The position numbers were made by a program, and so were the translations under genes. From Dehalococcoidia bacterium (GTDB lineage Bacteria > Chloroflexota > Dehalococcoidia > UBA6926), in NCBI GenBank assembly GCA_963666115.2, contig CAXXET010000004.1, forward strand, positions 384,001-448,000: a DNA stretch of 64,000 nt. Reading direction: 5' to 3'. The notes below the pieces were generated by a model. The model worked only from the letters and a program-made list of their open reading frames with translations. It made no database searches and was not told the DNA's origin. Positions 9,304-19,000 of this stretch are shown here, piece by piece (position 1 is the stretch's first letter; every line of letters begins with the position of its first letter).

Positions 9304-10254
9304 CTATCCGGCCGGGACGGCGTCGCGCTCTCGCTCACGTCCGTAGCGGGCGCGGGGGTGGGCACGGTCGTACTCGTCACGCAGTTGGTCATGGGCAAGG
9401 CGCGTGTAGATCTGCGTGGTGGAGATGCTCGAATGGCCGAGCAGCTCCTGCACGTGGCGCAGGGCCGCGCCGCCGCGCAGCAGGTGTGTTGCGAAACTAT
9501 GGCGGAGGGTGTGCGGCGTGATGCTGTGCGTGATGCCGGCCTCAGCCGCAAGCGATTTGAGCAGGAGCCAGAAGCCCTGCCGCGTGAGCCGGTTGCCGCG
9601 TCGATTCAGGAACAACGCGGGCTCGTCACGACGGCGGCGGAGCTTGGGACGGGCGTCATCAATGTACGCCCGCAAGGCGCGGATGGCCTCCGGGTAGACG
9701 GGGATAATGCGCTCCTTGTAGCCCTTGCCGCGGCATCGTACATAACCTTCGTCAAGATTGACGTCAGCGACGCTCAGGGACACGAGTTCCGAGACGCGCA
9801 TCCCCGTCGCGTAGAGGAGTTCAAGCATGGCGGATGCGCGCATGGACTCGGGTGAAGTTTTGCCGCGCGGCTGGTTCAGGAGCGCTTCGACTTCATCAAC
9901 GCCGAGGGGCGAGGGCAGCGCCCTGCCCACCTTTGGAGAACTGAGTCCCTCCGAGGGGTCAGCATCGATTTGGTCGTGGGTAATCAAGTAGTTGAAGAAG
10001 GACTTCACGGCGGCGATTTTGCGCGCGATGGTGGTGGCGGCGTACTCCCGGGCCTTGAGGTCGCTGACGAATCCGAGGAGGTGATCGCGTGAGACATCCG
10101 CCCAGGAATCCACAGCCTCCAGGCTGTCAGACGGGGCGGCAACCCACTCCGACAGCTGGGCGATGTCGCTGCGGTAGGCCTCGGACGTGTTGACGGAGAA
10201 GCCCTTGATGGTGGTGAGGTAAACGAGGAAGTCCCGCACACCCTGTTCAAGCAT
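9304..10254 (-). CDS. xerD: Site-specific tyrosine recombinase XerD
   Basis: LLYATGMRVSEL, RGKGYKER, LTRQGFW, TPHTLRHSFATHLL, LGHSSISTTQIYT. Confidence 0.92.
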   Translation of the reverse strand: MLEQGVRDFLVYLTTIKGFSVNTSEAYRSDIAQLSEWVAAPSDSLEAVDSWADVSRDHLLGFVSDLKAREYAATTIARKIAAVKSFFNYLITHDQIDADPSEGLSSPKVGRALPSPLGVDEVEALLNQPRGKTSPESMRASAMLELLYATGMRVSELVSLSVADVNLDEGYVRCRGKGYKERIIPVYPEAIRALRAYIDDARPKLRRRRDEPALFLNRRGNRLTRQGFWLLLKSLAAEAGITHSITPHTLRHSFATHLLRGGAALRHVQELLGHSSISTTQIYTRLAHDQLRDEYDRAHPRARYGRERERDAVPAG

Positions 10255-10413
10255 CGGCGAAGCCGTCCTTATCGACTAGTTATTGAATGCATTACGTCAC
10301 GTCAAGAGAATAGTATCACGATGCGCGGAGGGCAGGATCGGCGGATGCCGGGGCGCTGATTCGTCAGATGTAGCGGAGGGGGCATAGAATAGTGGGACGG
10401 GAGGTAGCGCAGG

Positions 10414-11280
10414 TTGAACGTTTTCGCCGCCATCAACATTGGGATTGATCCGACAATTTTCGAGATTGGCCCGTTCCTCGTGACGTGGCACGGTTTCTTC
10501 ACGGCGCTCGGCATTATCGCCGTCGTGATCTGGGCCGTGTACATGGGCCGCAAGCACGGCATCCACGAGGACGCCGTTTACGGGACGGCTGTGTGGGCGG
10601 TGCTGGGCGGGCTGATCGGCGCCCGGCTGGTTCACGTCGTCGATAACTGGGATTACTACATCCAGGACCCCATTCTCATCCTCCGCATTTACGAGGGCGG
10701 CATCGGGCTGCTGGGCGGGATTTTGGGCGCGACGCTTGCGGGAACATTCTACGCGTGGCGGCATCGCTATCCCGTGGGGCGCATGGTTGACCTAGTCACG
10801 CCGGGGCTGCTGCTCGGCATGTTCATCGGACGTTTCGGAGACATCATCAACGGCGAGCACCTGGGCGAAACGCTGGTGCGGCCGTGGGCGTTTCTGTATA
10901 CGCACCCGGGCAGCCCGGCGAACGGCGAGGGGCCGATGCACCCCGTGATTGTGTACGAGATGGCGCTCGACGCCTTCATCGGCATCGCGACGTATTTCAT
11001 GATCGGGCGGCTGCGCCCCGACGGCTCGGTCTTCTACATGTACCTGCTGATGTACGGGCTTGGCCGCTTTGTGATCCAATTCATGCGGCGAGACCCGGTG
11101 TGGTTCCTGGGGCTCCAGCAAGCGCATCTGCTGGCGATTTTGCTGGTGGTGGTCGCGTTGGCGTTCCTGATTACACGGGTGCGGCTGGCCGGGCCGGATG
11201 ACGAGGGCGGCGACGCGGATGACGCCAGCGGGGACGATGATGAAGAGGCGGCGGGAGAGGAGCAGGCGGCGACGGCTTAG
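10414..11280 (+). CDS. lgt: Prolipoprotein diacylglyceryl transferase
   Basis: IGARL, IYEGG, GRFGDIINGE, HPVIVYE motifs; multi-pass membrane protein with acidic tail. Confidence 0.92.
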   Translation: MNVFAAINIGIDPTIFEIGPFLVTWHGFFTALGIIAVVIWAVYMGRKHGIHEDAVYGTAVWAVLGGLIGARLVHVVDNWDYYIQDPILILRIYEGGIGLLGGILGATLAGTFYAWRHRYPVGRMVDLVTPGLLLGMFIGRFGDIINGEHLGETLVRPWAFLYTHPGSPANGEGPMHPVIVYEMALDAFIGIATYFMIGRLRPDGSVFYMYLLMYGLGRFVIQFMRRDPVWFLGLQQAHLLAILLVVVALAFLITRVRLAGPDDEGGDADDASGDDDEEAAGEEQAATA

Positions 11281-11285
11281 GGGGA

Positions 11286-11311
11286 GGATTCTTCGCTACG
11301 CTCAGAATGAC
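11286..11311 (+). repeat. Family A palindromic repeat; overlaps the recJ stop codon
   Basis: GGATTCTTCGCTACGCTCAGAATGAC between the convergent lgt and recJ genes. Confidence 0.9.
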
Positions 11312-13005
11312 ATGCGCGCTGGGCGGAAATCCTGGATGTTGAGTTCCAGCGTGGGGGGGCGGTTGGCGTTTGGGCCGCCGTCGTTCTCCTGGAATTGGAA
11401 GGCTACGTCGATTTCTCCTTGGGCCTGGCCGGCGTTATCACCCTGTCGGAAGGCGATTGCGTTCCACTCCCTGTCCGAGCCGAGTTCCGCCAGCAAGAGA
11501 CGCAAATGTGAGCCGTCCCCTACTCTTCGGGCCGACGTGACGCGCATGTTTTTCGCAAGGAACACCGGCTTCCTGTTGCCCTCGCCGAACGGTTCAAGCT
11601 TGGCCATGTGAGAGTTGAGGTCCGCGGCGATGCGGGCAGGCGCGCCCTCGGCGTCAATGGCAAGCACGGGACGCAGGTCGACGCCGTCCAGGGACTTGGC
11701 GGCCAGATCGCGCAGCCTGTCGCGGAATGCGGGGAGATTGCTTTCGAGGGCGGAGAAGCCGGCGGCGCGATGGTGGCCGCCGAAACGGGTGAGCAGTTCT
11801 GAGCATTGCTTGAGTGCGCCATCAACGTCGAACTCCTCGATGCTGCGGGCGGAGCCGCGGAGCAGGCCGTCGCCGTAGGTGGAATAGACGAAGCTTGGGC
11901 GGTAAAACTCATCCACGAGCCGGCCCGCCACGAGTCCCACGATTCCTGCGGGAATATCGGGCGCCCCGGCGACAATCACGGGGGCGTCGATATCCTGATC
12001 GCTCATGCGCTCCCGGACGTTCTTGTACGCCTCTTCCGTGAGTTCCCGGCGTCGCTGATTGAGTTCGTCAAGGTGAACGGCGAGAGTCCGGGCCTCATCC
12101 TCGTCCGCCGTGGAAAGCAGGCGCAGGGCATCATTTGCGTGGGTGAGGCGGCCGGCGGCATTGAGGCGCGGGGCGATCTGAAAGGCGATGTCCTCCGCCG
12201 TGATGCGCGCAAGCGGGCGGTTGGCAATTGCGGCGAGGATGCGGATGCCGGGGCGCCGGGAGTCACGCATCGTATTCAGGCCCTCGTTGACCAGGTAGCG
12301 GTTCTCCTCGATCAGGGGGGCGACGTCCGCGACGGTGCCGAGCGCCACGAGTTCCAGGAGGGAGTCCGGCAACTCCCGGTCGAGCTCCTGGTGGAGTCCC
12401 TGGGCGAGTTTATAGGCAACGCCCACGCCGGCCAGCTTGGGCGACGGGTACTTGGAGTCACGCCGCATGGGGTTAACGACGGCGGCAAAATCGGGCAGAC
12501 CATCGCCGGGCATGTGGTGGTCTGTGACAATGATGTCCATGCCTCTCGGCGGGGCTGCGCCGTCATTGACACCGCCGACGCCGCAGTCCGCCGTGATGAC
12601 AAGCGCGCAGCCCTGATCATGGAGAGACTTGAGGGCGGCTCGATTGATGCCGTGTCCCTCGGTACGGTCAGGGATGTAGGGCGTGACGAACAGGCCGAGG
12701 TGTTGGAGCGCCTCCATCAAGAGCGCCGTGCCGGTGACGCCGTCTGAATCGAAATCGCCGTAGATTCCGATCTTTTCACCGGCGAACATGGCCTGTCGGA
12801 CACGGTGGATTGCGGCATCCATGCCGGGGATGTCGGTTGAGTTTCCGCTCAGGCGCTCATCGGGGCGGAGGAAGAGGTCGGCGTCGGCGACTGTCTCTAT
12901 ACCGCGATTGGCGAGCACCTGGCGGAGATACGGGGGAAAGGCGACGAGGGCTTCACGGGCGTGGGGGGAGGGCGGGTCAGGGAGGAGCCAGCGGCGCTCA
13001 GTCAT
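11302..13005 (-). CDS. recJ: ssDNA-specific exonuclease RecJ
   Basis: GDFDSDG, DCG, TDHH, GTVADV, PRLNAAGR, GSARS, GGH..AAG; ATG at 13005 overlaps the fabF stop. Confidence 0.95.
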   Translation of the reverse strand: MTERRWLLPDPPSPHAREALVAFPPYLRQVLANRGIETVADADLFLRPDERLSGNSTDIPGMDAAIHRVRQAMFAGEKIGIYGDFDSDGVTGTALLMEALQHLGLFVTPYIPDRTEGHGINRAALKSLHDQGCALVITADCGVGGVNDGAAPPRGMDIIVTDHHMPGDGLPDFAAVVNPMRRDSKYPSPKLAGVGVAYKLAQGLHQELDRELPDSLLELVALGTVADVAPLIEENRYLVNEGLNTMRDSRRPGIRILAAIANRPLARITAEDIAFQIAPRLNAAGRLTHANDALRLLSTADEDEARTLAVHLDELNQRRRELTEEAYKNVRERMSDQDIDAPVIVAGAPDIPAGIVGLVAGRLVDEFYRPSFVYSTYGDGLLRGSARSIEEFDVDGALKQCSELLTRFGGHHRAAGFSALESNLPAFRDRLRDLAAKSLDGVDLRPVLAIDAEGAPARIAADLNSHMAKLEPFGEGNRKPVFLAKNMRVTSARRVGDGSHLRLLLAELGSDREWNAIAFRQGDNAGQAQGEIDVAFQFQENDGGPNANRPPTLELNIQDFRPARMSF

Positions 13006-14239
13006 CAAAGCGGCGGAAGATGATGGCGGTGTTGTGGCCGCCGAAGCCGAAGGTGTTGGAGAGGGCGCTGTTGACGGGACCGGAATGGGCATTGTGCGGC
13101 GTGTAATTCAGGTCGCAATCGGGGTCTGCGTTTTCGAGGTTGATGGTGGGGGGGATTTGGTCGTTGGCGACGGCAAGGGCGCAGATGGCGGCTTCGAGCG
13201 CGCCGCCCGCGCCGAGCAGGTGTCCGTGCATCGACTTCGTGGATGAGATCGGCACGGAGTAGGCGGCTTCGCCAAAGACGGTCTTGATGGCCTTGGTTTC
13301 CTCGCGGTCGTTGATGGGCGTGGACGTGCCGTGGGCGTTGATGTAGCCGAGTTCGCCGGGTGTGATGTCTGCGCGGTCGAGGGCCTTGCGCATGGCGCGC
13401 ACCGCGCCCTCGCCGTTCTCCGCAGGGTGCGTGATGTGGTAGGCATCGGCGGTGGAGGCAAAGCCGGAGAGTTCGGCAATGACGTTCGCGCCGCGCGCCT
13501 TCGCGTGCTCGAGGTCTTCGAGCACCAGCACGCACGCGCCCTCGCCCATGACAAAGCCGTCGCGATCACTATCAAAGGGCCGGGACGCCTGCGCGGGTTT
13601 GTCGTTGCGCTTGGTGGACAATGCGCCCGCCTGGCTGAAACCGGCGAACGCGATGGGGGTGATGGTGGCCTCGGCGCCGCCCGCCAATGCGACTTTAGCG
13701 TCGCCGCGCCGGATGAGATCAGCCGCCGCACCGATGGAGTCGGAGCCGGAGCAACATGAGGACGTGACGGAGTAGGCAGGGCCGCGCGCGCCGAGGGCGA
13801 TGGACACTTTTGCCGCGCCCATCTCCGTGACCATCATGGGCATGAGGAAGGGGCTGACGCGGTTGGGGCCGCGGGTGGAGAGGGTTTCGACGGCGTTCTG
13901 GACGGTGCCGATGCCGCCGTAGCCGCTGCCGATGATGGTTGCGACATCATTGCGGTTGTCGTCGGTGACTTCCAGGCCGGACTCCTTGACGGCCTGATCG
14001 GCGGCGGCCATCGCGAACTGGATATAGCGGTCGGTCTGCCGGACTTCCTTGCGGTCCATGAAGCCGGACGGGTCAAAGTCCTTGACCTCGCAGGCGATGG
14101 TCGTGGGGAACGGCTCGACGTCAAAGAGGGAGACGGTGTCCGCGCCCGACTGCCCGGCGAGCAGGGATTCCCACGTGGTCTGCGTATCAAGGCCGAGGGG
14201 CGTCACCATGCCGACGCCGGTCACAACGATTCGAGTCAC
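12998..14239 (-). CDS. fabF: 3-oxoacyl-ACP synthase II
   Basis: VVTGVG, catalytic Cys region (SSCCSG), NAHGTST, KSMHGH, SNTFGFGGHN. Confidence 0.95.
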   Translation of the reverse strand: MTRIVVTGVGMVTPLGLDTQTTWESLLAGQSGADTVSLFDVEPFPTTIACEVKDFDPSGFMDRKEVRQTDRYIQFAMAAADQAVKESGLEVTDDNRNDVATIIGSGYGGIGTVQNAVETLSTRGPNRVSPFLMPMMVTEMGAAKVSIALGARGPAYSVTSSCCSGSDSIGAAADLIRRGDAKVALAGGAEATITPIAFAGFSQAGALSTKRNDKPAQASRPFDSDRDGFVMGEGACVLVLEDLEHAKARGANVIAELSGFASTADAYHITHPAENGEGAVRAMRKALDRADITPGELGYINAHGTSTPINDREETKAIKTVFGEAAYSVPISSTKSMHGHLLGAGGALEAAICALAVANDQIPPTINLENADPDCDLNYTPHNAHSGPVNSALSNTFGFGGHNTAIIFRRFDD

Positions 14240-14385
14240 TCTTTCTCACTCCTATAGACGATTCTCCGCGCTTGAGGCCGCTGCTGGCGCGGCTAGGTAG
14301 ATGATACGGGGGTGGGCGGGGTGGGGACAAGGTGGGGGAGGTGTTGGCCTTCGCCGAATGCGCGTCCATCCCCTATACTGAACTC

Positions 14386-14781
14386 ATGACGCGCGCTGAC
14401 AGACTCCGCGAGAACATCGACAAGTACAGCCGGCAGGCTGACATGTACATGACTCAGGCGAGCGAAGAGCTTGCTCGAGGCGATTTACGTCAGGCAAGCG
14501 AGAAAGCCTGGGGCGCGGCGACGCAGATCTCCAAAGCAGTGGCAACGCAGCGGAGATGGCGGCATGGGCGGCGCACAGATTTTGACGGGATCGTCGTTCG
14601 GGTTCTTGAGGAAACCCGCGATGACGAAATACCCTCGCTCTTCGGCCTGGCCGACCAACTGCACGTTCATTTCTATGAAGGCCATCTCAGGGACGAGCTG
14701 GTAGATGTCTATGTCCGGCAAATGCCACGGTTCGTGGAGAAGATGCGGGAGTTCCTGAGCGGCGGGGGACAGGTTAGTTAG
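14386..14781 (+). CDS. PaREP1-family (HEPN-like) protein
   Basis: EELARGDLRQASEKAWGAA...LHVHFYE pattern; TATACT 6 nt before the ATG suggests a leaderless transcript. Confidence 0.75.
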   Translation: MTRADRLRENIDKYSRQADMYMTQASEELARGDLRQASEKAWGAATQISKAVATQRRWRHGRRTDFDGIVVRVLEETRDDEIPSLFGLADQLHVHFYEGHLRDELVDVYVRQMPRFVEKMREFLSGGGQVS

Positions 14782-15591
14782 ATGACTGGTTCACGATTGC
14801 TTGGGCCGCTGATTGATGCCATTGAGACGGCGAGACGGCAGATGCTTGAGCGGCGTCGAGACCTTGCTGGCAACGAGATTCGAACAAGGAATGCGCTGAT
14901 AGATCCGATTTTGGGCGCGTTGGACTGGAATGTGTCCAACCCCTCGCAGGTCACAACAGAATATGAACTCCCTAGCGGACGCGTCGACTATGCGCTCTTG
15001 GGAAAGAACGGCAAAGCCGCGGCCATAATCGAGGCAAAGAGACTGGGAGAAGACTTGGGAGCGAAGCCTCGGAGTCAACTGGTGCGTTACGCCTACGAGT
15101 CCAGACCGTCATATGCTGTCCTCACTGACGGTGATGTTTGGGAGATCTATTCCGTCGAAGCAAGCGAGGGTGAATTCCATCTGCGGGAAGCAGTAAGGTG
15201 CATACTCTCTGAAAGCGACCCGCTACAATCGGCGCGGGAACTGCTTGTATTATGGCAAGCCAATATGGAGTCAGGTCAGCCGGCGGAGGTCGAGACTCCG
15301 ACTGGTGGGCTTCCAAGCAATGAGGGGGATTCCAATTTACCCAATAATACCGGGGGCGGAGGCACGAACGCGGACTCCAAGAGCGAAGACACGGATGTGC
15401 CGGGGCCTGACGAGCCTCAACCATCGCGCGGCTCCGGTCAGATTGAGCAGTGGCGTCTCAAGTACACCCTAAAGTTGCTCGACCATGGACTTACGCGCAA
15501 ACAGATTGCTAGTGCAATGGGTATCTCTCCTTATTACACATACTACCTTACCAAGAAGGCTCGCGAGCGACGCGAGGCAGGAGAGTTATAG
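14782..15591 (+). CDS. Type I restriction enzyme HsdR N-terminal-like PD-(D/E)XK nuclease domain plus C-terminal HTH
   Basis: NE..TR..LIDPILGALDW, VDYAL, IIEAK, QL.RY, VLTDG..WEIY; C-terminal GLTRKQIASAMGIS. Confidence 0.75.
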   Translation: MTGSRLLGPLIDAIETARRQMLERRRDLAGNEIRTRNALIDPILGALDWNVSNPSQVTTEYELPSGRVDYALLGKNGKAAAIIEAKRLGEDLGAKPRSQLVRYAYESRPSYAVLTDGDVWEIYSVEASEGEFHLREAVRCILSESDPLQSARELLVLWQANMESGQPAEVETPTGGLPSNEGDSNLPNNTGGGGTNADSKSEDTDVPGPDEPQPSRGSGQIEQWRLKYTLKLLDHGLTRKQIASAMGISPYYTYYLTKKARERREAGEL

Positions 15592-15628
15592 GGCGCACAT
15601 TCGGTCTCCTAGTCATCGGCACGAACCC

Positions 15629-15991
15629 ATGAACGTTGAAACACGCCCCTACGTTGATCGTTGCGCCCACTATCTTGTACAGGCGACAGAGGAGCTTGGG
15701 CGGGGGGATTCTTTGCAGGCAAGCGAGAAGGGGTGGGGGGCAACCGCGCAGATCATCAAGGCTGTCGCCGAAGAGCGCGGATGGGAGCATATCCGCCATG
15801 CGCAGCTCATCGGGATCGTGCGCCGCGTGGTTGAGGAGACGGGGGATCAAGACCTTTGGGCCGCATTTGGCATGGCTCGGAATCTGCACGAGAATTTCTA
15901 CGAGGGCGAGATGGGTGAGAACGACGTGGACACGCATCTTGGCCAGATAAGCTGGTTTGTGGAGCGTATGCGTGGGCTGATTGACGATTAG
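15629..15991 (+). CDS. PaREP1-family (HEPN-like) protein, second paralog
   Basis: EELGRGDSLQASEKGWGA...LHENFYE; clear paralog of 14386..14781. Confidence 0.75.
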   Translation: MNVETRPYVDRCAHYLVQATEELGRGDSLQASEKGWGATAQIIKAVAEERGWEHIRHAQLIGIVRRVVEETGDQDLWAAFGMARNLHENFYEGEMGENDVDTHLGQISWFVERMRGLIDD

Positions 15992-16099
15992 TCCCCCCTC
16001 AGGGAGAGGGGATTCTGAATTCCCGCTACACTGGTGACAGCAGATGCCCGTTCAGGCGGGGATTTTGGTGTTTAAGCGGAGTGCGCGTGGAGGTCTCGG

Positions 16100-19000
16100 G
16101 TGAGTTTGGCGGGGTTGGGCGAGGGGCTGCGGCGGCGGTATGCGTACCGTCGGCTGGTGGAGGCTCTTCGCGCGGGGCAGGCTGAGCCTATCCTGCTCGA
16201 TCCGCTGGAGGGGGCTGCGCCGTTCATCGTGGCGAGCCTGTGGCGCGACCTGGGGCGGCCGGTGCTGTGGCTCCACGCGGGCGCGGAGGACGCGCGGCGC
16301 GCGTTTGAGCAGGTCAGCGTTTACGTGCCATCGTCCGCGGCGAACGCCGTCATTCCCTACCCTGAGCCGGACGCCCTGCCCTACGAACAGCTGGCGAACG
16401 ACGCGACGACCACTCGCGAACGTCTGCGAGCGCTCTCTGCCCTGGCGGATTTCAGCGGCGAGGCGCAGGAGGCCCGCCTGCAGGAGATCGTGGCGCGCCC
16501 TGCCCCGTTCATCATCGCCAGCGCATACGCCGCCGCCGCCATCACCCTGCCGCCGGAGGATTTTCAACGCGCCACCTTTACCTTGAGCGTGGGGGAATCG
16601 GTTTCCATTGACGGTATTTTGTCCGATGCAGTGGAGTTGGGGTATGAACCGGTCGCGGCAATCGAGACACCGGGGACGGTGAGCCGTCGTGGCGGCATCG
16701 TCGATATTTGGCCGCCGCAGGACGACAACCCGGTTCGCATTGAGCTGTTTGGTGACATCATCGACAGCATTCGTTGGTTCGACGCGGCAACGCAACGGTC
16801 AACGACGGAAGTGGAAGAGGTCGTCGTCACGCCGGCGCTGGAGTTGATTCCGCCCGCCGTGAGGGGCGCACCGGCCGTCGATCTTGACGGGCTTGGGGAT
16901 GATGAGGCGGTGGCGTTCAGGGATGAGTTGGGGCGGTTCGCGGAGGGGGCCGCCGTGCCGGGCGTCGGGTTCTACGCGCCGTATTTTCACCGTTCGATTT
17001 TGACCGACCACCTGCCGGACGAGACGGTGGTGATCGTTGACCGGCCTATCAGTGTGCGGGCACGGCTGGACGAGGTCATCCGGCGGGGCTTGGAGATACG
17101 CGATGGGCAGGTCGAGCGGGGCAAGCTGCCACGCGGCTTTCCAAGCCCCGTCGCCACATCCGAGCGGCTTGAACTGTCGCTGGCGGACGTGCCGCGCCGC
17201 CTCCACCTGCAGCCGTTCTCACAGCCATCGCCGGAATCGTCGGAGGCAGGTGCGCAGTCGTTTGGGAGCTTGGGATTCTCACCGCCGGAGACCTATGGGG
17301 GGCGAATCGACCGCCTCAGCGAGGACGCGGCGCGGGAGCGCAGCCGGGGCAACGCGGTCGTCATCGCGTCCTTGCAGGCGCAGCGGCTTGCGGAACTGCT
17401 GCGGGAGAACGGGCATGAGCTTTCGCTTCGCAAGGACATGGACGCCGTGCCCACGCCGGGGAGCCTCGTGCTCGTCCAGACGGCGTTGGCGGAGGGGTGG
17501 GAACTCAGCGGAGGCGAGTCTGGCGCCGGCGGGTCGATATTGACGCTTTCGGATACAGAAGTATTTGGGTTCATCAAGCGGGCGCGTCCACTGCGGCGCC
17601 GGGTGGCGCGCCGCGACGCGTTCCTGTCCGATTTCGTGGAAGGGGATTACATCGTCCACGTGGAGCACGGCATCGCGCGGTTTAAAGGGACGGTGGAGCG
17701 AACCGTAGACGGCGCGGAGAGGGAGTATCTCGTGCTGGGGTACGCGGGCGGGGACACGCTGTACGTGCCGACGGACCAGGTTGACCGCGTGGCGCGGTAC
17801 ACAGGCACCGGGAACAACCCGTCGCTGACGCGGCTGGGCGGCAACGAATGGGCCAACACCAAGCGGCGGGTGAAGGAGGACGCGCTGCGGTTCGCGGAGG
17901 AGCTGCTGCGGCTGTACGCGGAGCGGGAGGTCAGCTCGCGCGCGCCGTTCGGGGGGGAGACGGCGTGGCAGTGGGAGTTGGAGAGTTCGTTCCCGTACCA
18001 GGAGACGGAGGACCAGCTACAGGCTATCAATGACGTGAAGTCGGACATGGAGGCGGAAAGCCCGATGGATCGCCTCATCTGCGGCGACGTTGGCTACGGC
18101 AAGACGGAGGTGGCGGTGCGGGCGGCGTTCAAGGCGGTGGCGGCGGGATCGCAGGTAGCCGTCCTCGTGCCGACGACGGTTCTGGCGCAGCAGCACTACC
18201 GCACGTTCATGGAGCGGCTGGAGACGTTCCCGCTGCGCGTGGACATGCTGTCGCGCTTGCGGACGGACGCGGAACAGAAGGAAACGGTGGCGTCGCTGGC
18301 GCGCGGGGAAATCGACGTTGTCATCGGCACACACCGGCTGCTGTCCAGGGACGTGGGCTTTCGCAATTTGGGGCTGGTGATCATCGACGAGGAGCAGCGG
18401 TTTGGGGTGCGGCACAAGGAGCATTTGCGCAAGATGCGGGCGACGGTGGACGTGCTGACGATGACGGCGACGCCGATACCGCGCACGCTGCACATGGCGT
18501 TGTTCGGGATTCGCGACATGAGCCGCATCGACACCGCGCCGGAGGAGCGCATCCCCGTGACAACGTTCGTGGCGGAGCAGGAGGACCGGACGATCCGGGA
18601 GGCGATCCTGCGCGAGACGGATCGTGGCGGGCAGATATTCTTCGTCCACAACCGAATCCAGGACATTCACCAGACGCTGGAGCGTTTGCAGGAGCTTGTG
18701 CCGGAGGCGAGCTTCGGCGTGGCGCACGGGCGGATGCCGCCGGACTCGCTGGAACACGTGATGGACTCGTTCGCGTCGCAAGAGTTCGACGTGCTGGTCT
18801 GCACGACGATCATCCAGGCGGGGTTGGACATGCCGAACGCGAACACGTTGATCGTGGACGACGCGGACCGGCTCGGCTTGACGCAGTTGTACCAGCTTCG
18901 GGGGCGCGTGGGGCGCTCCTCTATACGCGCGTATGCGTATTTCCTGTTCAGGCGGGACCGCGTGCTGACCCCGACAGCGGAGCGGCGGCTGCGGGCGATT

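Noticed and set aside
9304-10254. Tyrosine recombinase as an integron or phage integrase for the cassette array
   Set aside because: It has XerD signatures (LTRQGFW), no obvious IntI-specific insertion, housekeeping context, and lies 35 kb from the array.
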